Below, one piece after another: positions 63,941 through 64,000 of a stretch of 64,000 nt of DNA. How positions within the stretch are numbered: the stretch's first letter is position 1; every line of letters begins with the position of its first letter. This DNA comes from Octopus sinensis. Its lineage: Eukaryota. The position numbers and the translations under genes are program-made. The notes below the pieces were generated by a model, which saw only the letters and a program-made list of their open reading frames with translations, had not been told where the DNA came from and made no database searches. The stretch is from positions 131,812,001-131,876,000 of the forward strand of contig NC_043000.1 of NCBI RefSeq assembly GCF_006345805.1. Direction: 5' to 3'.

Positions 63941-64000
63941 TGCTTACAGCACCTAGGGTTCCCAAGCGGTCACCCATCTAAGTACTAACTAGGCTCGATG
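63941..64000 (-). rRNA. RNA5S: 5S rRNA, 3' half (cut by the window edge)
   Basis: TGCTTACAGCACCTAGGG...GGCTCGATG. Confidence 0.88.

Overview
AT-rich animal genomic DNA, most consistent with an octopus/coleoid cephalopod (inferred from the tandem C2H2 zinc-finger cluster, long (TA)n tracts and tRNA-derived SINE types; not verified). 1-14 kb: 5S rDNA higher-order array. The unit is about 4.77 kb and holds two + copies, one - copy and a truncated Academ-type transposase fragment; the array is disrupted by a near full-length CR1-clade LINE. 14.9-63.4 kb: C2H2 zinc-finger (ZNF) cluster with four apparently intact genes (14, 14, 12 and 10 fingers), one truncated gene and one split/inverted gene. 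The cluster is built from a few reshuffled modules (ZNF exon, upstream block Y, promoter-like block X) and is heavily invaded by CR1, RTE, Penelope, Tx1-like, SINE, Helitron, mariner/piggyBac and foldback elements. 5S rDNA resumes at the right edge. Most notable non-standard features: (1) a ~1.2 kb spacerless palindrome carrying a minimal hammerhead ribozyme on each strand, plus a second hammerhead in a Penelope 3' end and two smaller fold-backs; (2) an ORF1-only (HAL1-like) Tx1-type retroelement inserted with a target-site duplication (TSD) into a SINE head; (3) a ~60-80 bp CpG-rich module repeated 11 times upstream of ZNF genes. Many single-base indels between near-identical copies fall in homopolymers and may be consensus errors.
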